Source: Rhizophagus irregularis (Eukaryota). Taken from it: a DNA stretch of 64,000 nt. This document shows positions 13,060 through 26,363 of the stretch, one piece after another (within the stretch, counting starts at the first letter, position 1; each line of letters starts with the position of its first letter). Made by a program: the position numbers and the translations under genes. The notes below the pieces were generated by a model that saw only the letters and a list, made by a program, of their open reading frames with translations, was not told where the DNA came from and did no database searches. The stretch covers positions 2,356,001 to 2,420,000 of the forward strand of contig NC_089433.1 of the NCBI RefSeq assembly GCF_026210795.1. The letters run 5' to 3'.

Positions 13060-16000
13060 ATGCACGATGCTTTCAATGTTTTTTTAGCGTTAGATAAAGT
13101 ACCCTATAAAATAGAATCGATTTTCGCTTGTGGTTTGTTTAATGCTTTTCTTTGTTGTTAAAGTTTATAAGTTGAACCGAATGCTTACTTTTAAGATAAA
13201 AATCCAGGTCAAAAGTTATTTACGGGAACCGCTTCAGGCGCCTTGTATGTTTACGAAGTTAATGAGCCCATAGGTACGTTCTATTTTATTATTTTTCAGC
13301 CAAACTTGAAATTGAAAGGAGATTTACTTTCCTCTATATAATAGAGGATGAAGAGGTGAAAGTAGACTTAAAGGAAACTAAGAATTTTTTCAAAAAGCCC
13401 ATTGAACAATTGGATATTATTAAAGATATTGAAGTGTTGATATCGCTTTCTGGTATTTTATTATAATTAATATTATATTATTTAATCGAAATTACATTAT
13501 TATTATTCATTAATTAACCACCATTTATGTTTAAAACTTTACAAGATGGATACGTGAATATCTATGATCTGCAAACCTTTGAGTTACAAAGGCAATTAAC
13601 AAAAACACGTGGTGCAAATATATTTGCTATTGATACCAATGTAGAAATTAGCGAAGATAATGAAGGGATTCCAATGATAGCAGTTGGTGTAAGAAAAAAA
13701 TTGCTTGTTTTTACATGGCGAGATACAGAATTCATTTGTACTCAGGTGAGTAAACCTTCTTTCTCTTTTTGACTTATCTATAATTAACTTGTCTCTCTAT
13801 TACAACTCCTAAACTATAACATTCAGGAACTTTCAATTCCAGATAGAATTAAAACAATGGTTTGGGTTAATGGTGATAAAGTTTGTCTTGGGTTAACGAA
13901 TGAATACGTCTTGATAGACGTTAATTCCGGTGTGATGACTGAGCTGTTTGCTTCACATAATACACCTGGAGGTGCTTCATTTGCATATATGGGAATGTCA
14001 ATTGGTGCTAAGGCCAACAAGCCGTTAGTGACAAAATTACCTCAAGGTGAAATTCTTCTGGTTAAAGATAGTGGGTATCATATTTTTTATTGATATCGAG
14101 AAATATTATTAGTTTTTTTGTGATCTTTAGCTATAAATTGACATTTAATTTTGAGTATGAACATTTACTAAAATAGATATGAGCATTTTCACTGGACTTG
14201 ATGGAATTACTACTCGGAAAACAGGAATTGACTGGACAGGAACTCCAGAAGAAATAGGTGCGAAATTAAAACGTAAATTGTTGTATCCATATTATTAAGC
14301 GCTCACTCTTCTTATAATTAAAGGATGTTCTTATCCGTATCTTATTGCGATATTACCGAAACATGTGGAAGTCAGAAACATTGTAACTCAGAAGTTGGTC
14401 CAGACTTTTGACCTTCCTCAAGCACGATTAATTAACCAAGGAAAATATTTGTATGTTGCTAGTATTAGTAATGTTTGGAGATTTATTCCTTTGAATTTCG
14501 AAAAACAGGTATAAGAAATGGAGACTACTTTAGATTATAAATTATTTTATTAGTCAACATAAATTCAATACTTTGTTTAACATGACATATAGGAGAGAAG
14601 TCATTGATTGGTTGAGATTTGAATGATGTACGCAGCCACACGGGGGGATGGTTATGTTAAACAAAGTATTGGAGTATGTTCGTTATTGTGTTTAATCTTT
14701 TTTAATTTATACTCATAAGATCGATCAATTGGTTGAACAAAATGAATTTGATGAAGCTTTAAGTTTAGCTAAAATTGAACCTACTTTGCTTAAAGATAAG
14801 GTAATTATATCTAAATGATTGTGATGTTATTATAATGATTAAACTAATGTCATTTGTCATTTATATAGGACGCAAAAATTCGAGAGACACGTAGACTTTA
14901 CGCACATTATCTTTTCCATCAGAATAAGTTTGATGATGCTATTACAATTTTTCAAGAATTAGACGTGGACCCTAAAGAAGTTATTGCATTGTATCCCCCA
15001 TCGATATCAGGAGCTCTCCACAAGCCTGTACAACGTCCGAAAGTTTTAAAACCTTCAGATGAAATAGTTGATGATGAAATTAATAATGATCAAGAAGAAA
15101 AATCTTCGGAGGATGAGATAGAAACCGAAAATTTGGAAATTCTTGGTATTCATTTAAAAAGATATTTTTTAAAATTTTCTTATTTCAGTATTTTAACTAC
15201 TTAAATCATTTAGAGGGGAAGCTGTTGGAAGAAGCGGTTCAAACATTAATAAAATTTTTGACTGATCGGCGTCATAGAATATCTAAAATTCTAATTCAGC
15301 AGCCTCATAAAACTAACGAACCAACACCGCCAGCTTCGCCTTCGCACCGAACTAATTTAGTAAATGGGAATTTGAGTGGTACTTTGGAGCTTGCAGAATT
15401 GGTGGACACCACTCTTTTAAAATCTTATATGGTCATTAATGATGCATTGGTTGGTCCACTTCTTCGGGTACATAATTATTGTAATGTTGAGGAAGTAGAA
15501 GGACTGTTATTAGAGCGCAAAGTATGTATATATATGAAAAATTAGTGTTATTTTATTCGAGTAATAATAGATAACTTGATTATTTAGAAATACAGAGAAT
15601 TAAAAGACTTGTATCATGGAAAAGGCTTACATCGCAAATCTCTGGAACTTTTAAAAAAGTTAGTTATTGTTTTAAAGCACTTAATGTGTTATAATATTAC
15701 TCATACAACTAAATTTTTTTTAGACTTGGACAATCTTCAGAAGGCTTAATGAAAGGGACCTTTCAGACCGGGTATTATCTTCAAAAGCTTGGACCAGAAA
15801 ATTTTGATTTAATTTTAGAATTTGCAACATGGGTGTTGCAAACCAATCCTGATGAAGGGATGGAAGTGAGTTTGTCCTTTTTTTTTTATAAAATTTACTA
15901 AGAAATAAATTTACTAATTATTGACTATTTAGATATTTATTGGTGATCATCCAGAGGTTGATAATCTTCCGAGGAATAAAGTATTAGAATATCTTGAGGG

Positions 16001-17495
16001 ATTTTCATACGATTTATGCATAAAATATTTAGAACATATCATTTATGTACTTAAAGATCCGACTCCAGACTTTCACAATAAATTGATATTTAAATACCTG
16101 GCCAATGTTCAAAAATTAGAATCGCAAAAATCAGAATCGAATTCAGAAGAAGTAGGAGGTAATTAATTAAAAATTTCTTTCTAATATTTCATTAAGTTTA
16201 AATATATGTAACGTTTCTTTTTTTTTATTCTATATTAGAGGAAATCGAAGATACAAATAAAAGATTATTGAAATTTTTGGATGAATCAATGCATTATAAA
16301 GCAGAAAAAATATTAGGCCGTTTACGTTTAGATGGTACACCATTTTGTAATATTTGTGTCATTAAACTAAAAGAATTCAAACTAAATCAAACATTTTTAT
16401 GCACTACTTAGACTTTTATGAAGCTCGTGCGATTCTTCTTAGTCGTCTCGGCCAACATGACCAGGCTTTAAATATTTATGTGCACAAGTTAAAGAACGAA
16501 AAGTTGGCAGAAGAGTATATATAGAACTTAATACTCATATTTTTTAAAAAAGAACCATTTATCGTTATCTAAATATATTTATTTATGTGTAATAGATATT
16601 GTGTGAAGAATTACATTGAAACTGACGATCCTACGAAAAACGTATTCATATCGTTACTGAAAGTATATCTACGACCAAGTAATGGCGAAAAATTAATGTT
16701 AGAACCAGCAATACGATTGTTATCGCGGCATGGTTCATTTGTTAGTGCTTCTGATGTAAGTTAACTTTCCTAATAATTCATTATTATATGGAATTTTATG
16801 ATTGTAAACTTTGTCATTATATAGGCTTTGAATATGCTTCCTCTCACAACTAAAGTATCGGAATTGTATCAATTTGTCGAAAAATATATCAGGGAGAACA
16901 ATAAGAATAGGAATATGAATATGATTATTAAGAATTTATTGAAAGCTGATCAACGCCAGGTAAATAAATCTATGCAAACTAGCGAAATATACCAAATTTC
17001 TGGTCCCAAACCAATATTTAGATTAGTCTGCTAATAGCTTAAATATTCCGCATATCAGATGACTAATGCTGGCCAACTCTTATTAGGCATTATAAAATTG
17101 GCCAATAAATTAAATTATACCAATTGTGAGATACAAAATTAATTACGTTTTGATATAAAAATCTAGGTTGAAGAACAATTAATGTTTTATCGATCTCGGA
17201 GAGTTAAAATCGATGAAGATAAGATGTGTCCACAATGTACGCGTCGTATTGGGCAAAGGTATGCGGTTTTGTCTGCTATTATAATCATCATCTTGTTACA
17301 TCTAACCATTATGATTACTAAATTTATTTTTTAGTGTATTTGCCGTTTTTCCTAACGGTGTTGTTGTTCATTACCATTGTAAAGAAAAGGTATAATTAAT
17401 ACATGATTCTACATTTAGACTTCCAATTCTAATTTCTAATTTATAAATTCATTTTTCCGTAGTATTCACAATCGAATGACACGTCAATATTATAG
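13060..17495 (+). CDS. VPS39: Vam6/Vps39 (HOPS subunit): CNH domain, CHCR/Vps39 repeats, C-terminal zinc ribbon; multi-exon
   Basis: Spliced ORF MHDAFNVF...; AVGVRKKL, ELVDTTLLKSY, LLSRLGQHDQALNIYV, C-terminal MCPQCTRRIGQSVFAVFPNGVVVHYHC; GT-AG introns keep the frame. Confidence 0.9.
14566..14671. repeat. 21-bp inverted repeat inside a Vps39 intron (mini-MITE or structured RNA)
   Basis: CAATACTTTGTTTAACATGAC (14566-14586) pairs with GTTATGTTAAACAAAGTATTG (14651-14671) with one G-U; the right end reads GGAG|TA. Confidence 0.7.
16999..17138 (+). ncRNA. Candidate intronic box H/ACA snoRNA
   Basis: Lies in an oversized 207-bp intron; hairpin with internal pocket (CCCAAAC/CCGCAT), AGATGA (ANANNA), second TGGCCAA/TTGGCCA hairpin, ACA at ~17133. 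Confidence 0.35.
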
Positions 17496-18192
17496 CTTCA
17501 TTCGAGTTGAGTATGATCCTTATAACTGTTAGACAATTCAAATCTAGCACGGGATTACTTTCATTTTAATATCATTTTATCATTTTATAATATTATTTAT
17601 TTTTGTGGACTACAATTTGATTTCTTAACGTTGGATTATATGATCAAACCATTTTGCATATCATGAAACTCTGCAATATAGAAATTTATTTACATTCGTT
17701 TTCGCCTTATTTGTAAGTGGAATATCATAATTTATTAGACATTTTTGATTTTTTTTAACAGAAATATCGATTATTTGTAATTAATTTATAGTTCATTTTA
17801 TTTATATGCATATTAAAAAAGAATTTCTTTACAATATCAAATTAATGCGTCACAAATAATAGAAAAAAAATACAAAGTTCCTACATATCTGCTTAAAAGA
17901 TAAAACTCTATAAAAACTCTTAAATTTGAAATTATAGGTTCTCTATATATATAATAAAAAATTAAATGCTTTCAGATTACTAAATAATCGTCATTTTGTT
18001 TTTAGTGTAATAAAAATGTTTTTTTAATGATTTCTACACATATATATATATATATATAATGAAAAATAAATAATTAATCCTGCTACAACTAACAAATACA
18101 TTAATCCGAGATGCATCTATTATAAAGATTATTTTGTGAAGACCATAAATAATATCATGAATATTAAATTAGTGTCATTTTCGGCTAAAAGT

Positions 18193-21100
18193 TCAATCTG
18201 AATTATTGCTACTAGAAGAGCTATTCTTTTCGTTATCAGCTTCTTCACCCTCATCATCTTGTCCAAGCTCAAATTTCTTTTTACTAGCTTTACCGGTTTT
18301 ACCATGTGAGGTAAATGGTGTTGTTAAATCGCTTTCTTCAAGTCTATAAATATGTATAATGTTTAATTGGTATAAAAATAAAAATATATTAAATAACATA
18401 AATATCGATAAAGAAGATACTTACTTTCTAAACTCGTAACCTCCTTCTCCATCAAAACGAAGCAACCATTCGTGATATTTAACTAATTTGTTTAAAAGTA
18501 AATATTAAAACTATATATATCTCAACAAAAACAAAAAAAAAGGCAACATAAAAACTTGTAGTACACTCACACTATAATAAAATTAAAGCATAAAAGCACA
18601 ATAATCAAAAAGTTAAATTAATTAGCAATGAATATCCAAGGAAAAATGTAACGAAATAATTAAAAAAAAAATTATTACCAATGAATGCCTATGAGATACA
18701 GTAAATAATGTAATGCCTAAAGTACGAGCATGGGTGTACATAATACCCTCAACATCAACACTTACTGCACTAGTACATTCGTCTAAAATTGCCTATTGAA
18801 AATTATAGTCAATAATTCGTAATTCGTAAATCAAGTAATATCAAAAGGAAATTTCTTACAAATTGAGGACGGTGGTAAAAAAGTCTAGCCATGGCTATTC
18901 TCTAAAGTTAAATGAAAAAGGTTAATCAAATCTCGATTAATATACAATGTTCAAATTTATTCACCTGTTTTTCCCCACCCGACAAAACATCAGCCCAATC
19001 TTGAACTGCATCCCAGCCTCCATCACGCTTCACCAAATATTCTAAATGAACGACATTAAGTAATTCCATTAATTTGCCATCATCAAACTCCTTGAAACGT
19101 GCTTGAGCTTTCGTATCTGGATAGATAACCTAATTAAAGAATATATATTCAACAAAAATAATTATGTAAAATAAACGAGAACTAATAATAATCTATTTCA
19201 TACCTGATCACGGAGCGTGCCAAGCGCCAAGTACGGTTTTTGAGGTACGTAAAACAATTTTGATGCTGTTGGCTTAGTAACAACACCATCTATAAATTAG
19301 GATTTATCTTAGTTTATATTATGAATCTAAATAGAAATTTAAACAAAATAATAACATACCAAATAAGGGCCATAAATCACCAAGAATACGGAAAAGAGAA
19401 CTTTTTCCCTAATTTAAAAGAAATTAATTGTACGGGACTTCTCCGATATGCTAAAGTAAAGTAATAGTTAAGAAAGTATACATACGCATCCATTAGGTCC
19501 GGAAATAAGGCAGTTCATTCCCGTTTCAACTTCGAAAGATAACTCTTTCACCTATAATTATCGAACTATAAGCAATTTGCAACGAACAAATATAGATAAA
19601 GGAATGGCATTTACCAATATGTCATTATTTGGTGTAACAATAGGAACTTTTTCAAAAATAATGACTCCATCTTTTGTTATAATTTTTCCTTTGAGATCGT
19701 TCGGTGTAACCGCTATGGTTCACAGAGAAATATGCAAATAAATTACGGATACTTGAATAATCACAAATTATAAAATCAAAGCGTTTTATTACCTCGGCTG
19801 ATATTAGCTTCATTTGAGTCATTGTTTATCATTGTACGTTCATATCGCCCTTTATTAACATCCTCAAGAACATCAAAAAGTTCTGCAACACGCGACTATT
19901 TAAATAGAGAATAATTTGATTAATAAATATCTAGAATAATTGAGAAAGAGAAAAGTAGACATACAGTATATCCCGCAAATCTGGTCAAATCACGTCCAGC
20001 AAGAATTAATCTACCCACAGCTTGTGATAAATTTACAAGATAACCAGCTAAATAAAAAAAAAAGAGTTAATCTACATTACAATGTTAAAATAAATAAATC
20101 AATGTTACTTACAATTTCTTGAATAATCTTCCATAATCTTCGTTGGGTCGGAATCGAGTTTGCCCATATATTCAGTGGCTTTAAAGATAAACAGATTATA
20201 TTTTATAATTTTATATTAAAACATGATGAAATATTTACTTAAACATACCATATTGCGGGTTAAATACAGGGCGTGCCAGCAAGCTAAAAAGGATTATATA
20301 ATTTTGTGATTTCAAAAGTAATAAGTAATATAAAATAGTAGATAACATACTAGTACGCTGTCATAGTGGCACAATATTTAACCAATACTGAATCGAAAAT
20401 TCCATTAGCGAACCGAAGTCGATATATTTTTTTCACGTGTCGCACAATCTTATCAAAACTTCCATTTACAACAGTTCGCTCTCGTTCACCACCGCCATAA
20501 AAGGCAATTTCTTCAGAGTGAGTGATAATTCTCGACTAGAAAATGAATAATAAAGTGAATATCGAAGAATCAATGAATCCTATAATCCGAAGGAAAAAAA
20601 AATTTATTATTACATGTGTGAACCTAAAATCACCTTCAAGTTTTTGTTCTATAGCGGTAACTGTATAAAATTCGGAGAGAAGGAATTTAGTCACAAAAAA
20701 AAATTTCTAAAAAAAAATGGAAATACCTTACATTTTCCGAAAGGTGGTGAAATTGCACGTAAAAGAGCACCGGAAGTAAGGAAGTACACGATCATATAAA
20801 TCGGAGCTAAATAATAAGAAACAAAATAGAATGAATACATAATTTAACTGAAAGAATATAGCTCATTAATTAGATTACCTTCTCGACCACTAAAACGCGT
20901 TACACGTATACGTTTTGGAATTTATATGAATAATTTGTCATTTTTTCTTTCTTTCTTTTTTTTTTTTTAACAAAAACATGGATAAAAAATGAATTGAAAA
21001 TTATAGTTCATACATGGCTTCACCCAGTTTATATGCAAACAAAACTATGTCTACTAGGGGCTTGGTAATATCCGAATATAAATGACTTAGATTTTCTGCG

Positions 21101-22277
21101 AATTTATCAATGTCCTAATCAAAAGAAGGAAGCTTAACCATCTTGCAGGTTTTTAATATGATAAACCGAAAGTAATCGAGTTTATACCTGTGTCAGCAAT
21201 TGATCCGAATTCTGGATTCGGTTATCGATATTCGATATTTTGTAGAAAGTAATATCTTTTAAATATTGTTCGTGAGCATACTGTAAGAAAAGAAAAGTTT
21301 ATTTTAATTTAAATCGTAAAAATTAAATAACAAATAAATTTACCCTTGTAAGCCTAGTTCGGAACGCTAAAGACAACGCGCTTATAGTAAGTTTCAATGA
21401 ATTATTCACTATACTCATTGGCCACTATTATAATTAACATAATTGACTATATAAATAGAAATAATAGACGCGTGAAAAATAAAAAAAAAAGTTAACAAAG
21501 TGAAATACCATCATAAATCCAAATTCCACAACGGCTCGAGCGATAAAAGTTTTCCGATCGCGAGATACAATCGCTTTAACAACATGTCTGTATAAATTTT
21601 AGAACCGAGTACTGTGAGTGCGACTAAAACAAAAAACTAATACAACATCACTTAATGACACACCCGTTAAATCCAGAAAACCTATAAAATGTAGCAAATA
21701 AATAAAAATTATAATTAATTATGAAGATAAATAATTTATTAGTCATTCTTATAAGTTCATTGCATATTATTAGGTGACAATTTTTGTCAATATAACTGAC
21801 AAAATAAATTTTAATAGTTATACACGCTTTTTTTTATTGATAGATTGCTAATCTGATATTTACCATATATCAAGCCATGTGCGAGCTATTAATACCATAG
21901 CTAAGCTTATAAGCAGAGCGGCTTCCTTACTGGCGACTCCTAATAAAAGTCGAATATATAAAAAATGAACGCGGAAATTGCTGAAAAGACAAAGGTTAGA
22001 ACAACAACTTACCTGGTATACAAATTGGCAATAATTTTTTGATCTGCGCTAAGAAACGCGCGTCTACACCGATTCTTTTTTGTTTTCTATTTCTGTTATC
22101 TTGGCCTTCTGCAGCACGCGCTGCGGCACGTTCGGACTGTTTCTTTTTCTCTTGTTCGACATATTGCTTGATTAAATATACAGCCGCAACACTAATAATA
22201 AGTACAGCCGATCGCTTCTTTGAAGAAATTAATGATTTGGGAGATATTTCGGCAAATGAAGACATATTCTGCCCCAT
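18193..22277 (-). CDS. Peroxisomal ABC half-transporter, subfamily D (Pxa/PMP70-like); 25 exons including 11-nt and 1-nt micro-exons
   Basis: Spliced motifs [23 protein letters not shown] motif SEEIAFYGG, Walker A GPNGCGKS, signature LSGGEKQR, Walker [12 protein letters not shown]-loop TVSHR. Confidence 0.93.
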
Positions 22278-22560
22278 TATGGCCGTTTATAGAAACGTAA
22301 AAAAGAATACTCAAACGTCGGTTTAAAAATCAAACAAACCACCGAGATTTTTTTTTTAAAAAAAAAATATTAAAAAATTTGTGAAACATAGTATTACGTC
22401 AGCTGTATTTATGATGAATAAGGAACTTCACTCAAATTTCCTTATTAAATTTTTTTACAAACCAATATAGGAATAGTTTAAAGGAGAAATTTTATTTGAT
22501 TTATATTAACTTTTTTTTTATTATAATATGTTACTAAGCTACCTCTCACAAAAATCATAT

Positions 22561-25500
22561 TCAAAAATAACTAGCATTCTCGTCCATTTCAATAGCAGAC
22601 CATCTTTGAAAAAGTGTTCGCAAATCAATCGTGTCATTGCCTTCGTCAACAATGATACCACTATCTGCAAGTAACCCTGGTTCAAAATTCAAATCTAAAT
22701 TTACGAATTTGAACACAACAGAGGAATGTTCTCCGTCAAGTATTACCATGTCGAACCTAGAGAAATTTTATATTAGTCTTTAATCACTATAACAATCATT
22801 ATAACGTCATTATTATTATTAAAATTATTACCTAGTAATATATTGTCCTATATTCACTGTTACCTCTAACATTGGATATCCTGTCGACAAATCTTTCTCG
22901 ACAGAGTAATTGATGTCATCTATATAATTTTTCCAGATTTCGATTTCCGTTGGATCGTGGCCATCTTTTTTTAAGCCAATTAATATTTTATTTTTTTCGA
23001 GAGTTACGTAACAATCGGGTTCCGAAAAAATTGCCAATCCAGGACCAAATGAAATTGAAGTAATTGCAAGTTCCATAGGGAATACCGATGAATTTTGAGA
23101 TGGCGTAAAATTAGGTTTAGAAACAGGAGTTTCCGGAACTGATTCAGGTTCTAAGTATTATCGATAAAAAAAAAAATGTTGCATAAATATCTACTAAACC
23201 TATATTTGCCTGATATTTGTGCTCTGTCTATACCTAAATATCGAGATGAAAATAATGTCTCGAATACAATATAATCAAGGTAGTAAATGGAAAATATGAA
23301 GAATAGCACCTTTCTTTGACGATGATGAAGCTCTTCTACCACGTTTAGGTGTTCCTGTGGTAGAACCTCTGCGTGATACCCGAGTTTTTTCAGCACGATT
23401 TTCATCTTCATCTGTATGTGAAATTGCATCTTCGTTAAATGAAAGTAACCTATTAGGTTTTTTTCCTGGCTTTGCAGGTGAAGAATGTGCAGTAGCCTTT
23501 CCGGCAGAAATCGATGATTTCCTTGATTTAGAAGGTTGAACGACTGGTATGGAATTATTAGGCTCAGTATCATCATCTGGGCTTTCTTCGATTATGATTT
23601 TTCCTTGTTTCCACTTTACTCCACATGCGTTACAGAGAGTTCCTAAATAATAATGTTGTTATGTTTTAACACGTGTAAAATTTTAAGTGTTATGATAAAT
23701 CATTAAGATTTACCTGGCCCTTTAGGTCCTCTTCTCCACATTGGAGTATATCTTGCACCACAGTACATACAATTTTTCTTTTCAGAGCTCGGTTCTACAG
23801 TACCAGTTGGATCAAGAACGGATCTCGATTTTTTTGACGTGTTTGTAGAAGACTTTGTTTTTTTACTAGCTAGATAAAAAAAAAATACGATTAATAAATT
23901 TAAAATTCCATAAATTATATTACCACCATGTCGAAATAAATAAATTCATACTATCATTTTTAGAAGTATTTTTTGTTTTTCTGACTTTTTTGGCAACTGT
24001 CTTAAAAAGAAATATAGTTTTTTTTAAAAATATAAAAATATTAATTTCTGAATAAAATAAATTTCCCCTTTTAAAAATATTATGAGAAATAAAATTACTT
24101 ACAGATGCTGTCCTTTTTTGTCCTGGAGCTTTTCGTTTTCCTCTTTTCCTTCCAACTGTAATATCGATATCCACGTCTATCTCTGAATCATCAGTTTTTT
24201 TTTCAATATCAATTACTTCGTCTACTGTTTTACTTTCATTAACGTGTATCGTTGTTGTCCATGTTTTTTGATATTTCTTAAAGATTAAAAAGATATATTT
24301 AATTAAAATTATGAAAATCCTCGATAGTAAATTAAATTTTTCTTTCAATATACCTTTATTTTTTCCCTATTAAAGTCACGAGGAACGCGCATTTGTAAGT
24401 AACGTTCTTTACATTTACGTTTAAGCTTGAAATATAACAAATTTTTTTTTTAGATTACTTCGGATTAATAGGATGCAATACGATTAAGATTAACAACGTA
24501 CCTTTTCATCCATTAAACGTTCGACCGTATCTTCATCATTTACAGTTCTATATAACGCGTTCCATATCTCTTCAGTTACCGATTTTATGCTAATTTCCCA
24601 TTCTTCTGGGTTATCACGAGATCTTTTCACGTCATTTTCATCAGATGGCGAAACATAACTTGCAATAACCTATTATATATCTTATTAATAAATTAATAAT
24701 ACTAAATAAAATTAAGTTTTCCCATTTACCTCGTAAAAATTATCATCGCCTTCTGGATTACGCTCAATAATAGCATCTTTGGGAAACAAAAATCTAGTTT
24801 TTCGATCTTCCTTAAACGTTAAAATTACCTCGCATCTCACTGCATGTTCATATGCAGTAGATGCGGGAATTTCTGCAGGTTGATTCCATATTTTAAACTT
24901 GTTAAGTGCTGCATAATGAGCAGATTCAGTAGCTACTAACATTCTCTGCGAGGACAATGAGTTAACCGTTTGTCTTTTCTGTAAAGGAAGTTCAACTTCC
25001 ACATGATTTTCTAAAGATGGACTAAGTTGTTGGAAAACATTACGTTTTTGTGAAGATGTCGTTGTTTGTCGTTCTGGTGACGATAGCGATTGAATCTCCC
25101 GATTTTGCTCAGTTAACGAATCTGATTGTATCATTTGATTTTGCTCATTAGGTAATGAAGTTGGTTGCTGCTGTTCGGAAGATGGTTGAACTGGACGATG
25201 TTTCTCCGAAGTCTGATCTTGTGAAAGTAAGAATTGTCCCGATTGATATTGTTGCGATTGTGTAGTCTTCGATAAAATTGAATGAGAATTAGGACGTTGA
25301 TGCAACACAGGTGCAGCAAGAGGTTGAGATGAAGTGTTGGATTGTGATGCTAACAGATAACTTAGATGATTAATTAAAGCATTTTTCTGTTCTTGCGATA
25401 AGTTAGGTGCTGTCTCAGGCTGAGATAATTGTTTTTGTATTGCTAATATCTGTGCTGGATTGTAGGTTTGAAGTAACGTTTGCATAACACTTGTCAATTG

Positions 25501-26363
25501 AGGCGAGAATCTAACAGAATTATTTGAAGACGATGATGAAGAACTGATTGTTGGGCTCGTTCTAGGTTGTTGTGAAGATAAACGCGGTATAGGCATTCGC
25601 TGCTGAACTTGAGGATGAGATATCACTTGTGTTAATTGAGGTACCTGAGATACTTGTGATTGTGGTTGTGGTCGTGGTTGTATTGCAGGTTGTTTATATA
25701 CACGAGAAGATGATTGAGGGGACGACTGTAAATTTGTCATGATTGGAGCGGGAGCTAAAGGTCTTATTGTGGGATATGATGTTTGACCAAACGTTGGTTG
25801 TGCTTGTGGTGTGTGATGTACAGTTGTAAAAGCTAGTTGTTGAGGTTGTTGTTGAAAAAATTGATGAGTTTGTTGTTGATTCTGTTGTTGAGTTTGTGAA
25901 TGAACTTGTTGAGAAAATGAATGTGACGCGTCTTGCGTTTGATTTTGATCAAGGAGAATTTGCTGACTAACGAATAAAAGTTCATAAATTTGAGTATCCA
26001 AATATAAAAATGGACCTATAGATAAAGTACAAGTTCCAAGAAGACCTGTATATGGAATTGGGAGGGAATTTTCAGGTAAATCTGGACGAAAAAAGATTTT
26101 ATTTTGAACGGAATATTTTGTAAAAGAAGCTTTTAAATTATTTTCTCGAGAGAATCGTAAAGCAGGTAGTAATATACCACTATCAATAATCAGATAAGTG
26201 TAAGTAAACTTTGAATAACTTCAAAATAAGGAGTTTTATAAAGATCTAAAATATATATATACCTATCTCTAACGTTGAGAAAGCCATTCTGATCATCTTT
26301 TTCATCGTCAGGTTTAACTGCTGTTACAGGGAAATCGGTTGTAAACTTTCTTTTGACGCTCAT
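22561..26363 (-). CDS. Multi-domain nuclear protein: Swc3-like blocks split by a Q/S/P-rich region, GATA zinc finger, C-terminal globular domain
   Basis: Continuous GT-AG spliced frame; SGILLPALRFSRE, GTCTLSIGPF, EVILTFKEDRKTRFLFPKDAIIE (Swc3-like by recall); [27 protein letters not shown] (C-x2-C-x18-C-x2-C). Confidence 0.7.

Noticed and set aside
14580..14650. TPP riboswitch, U3 snoRNA or self-cleaving ribozyme in the Vps39 intron
   Set aside because: It lacks the TPP core motifs, complete C/D boxes and the hammerhead CUGAUGA/GAAA core.
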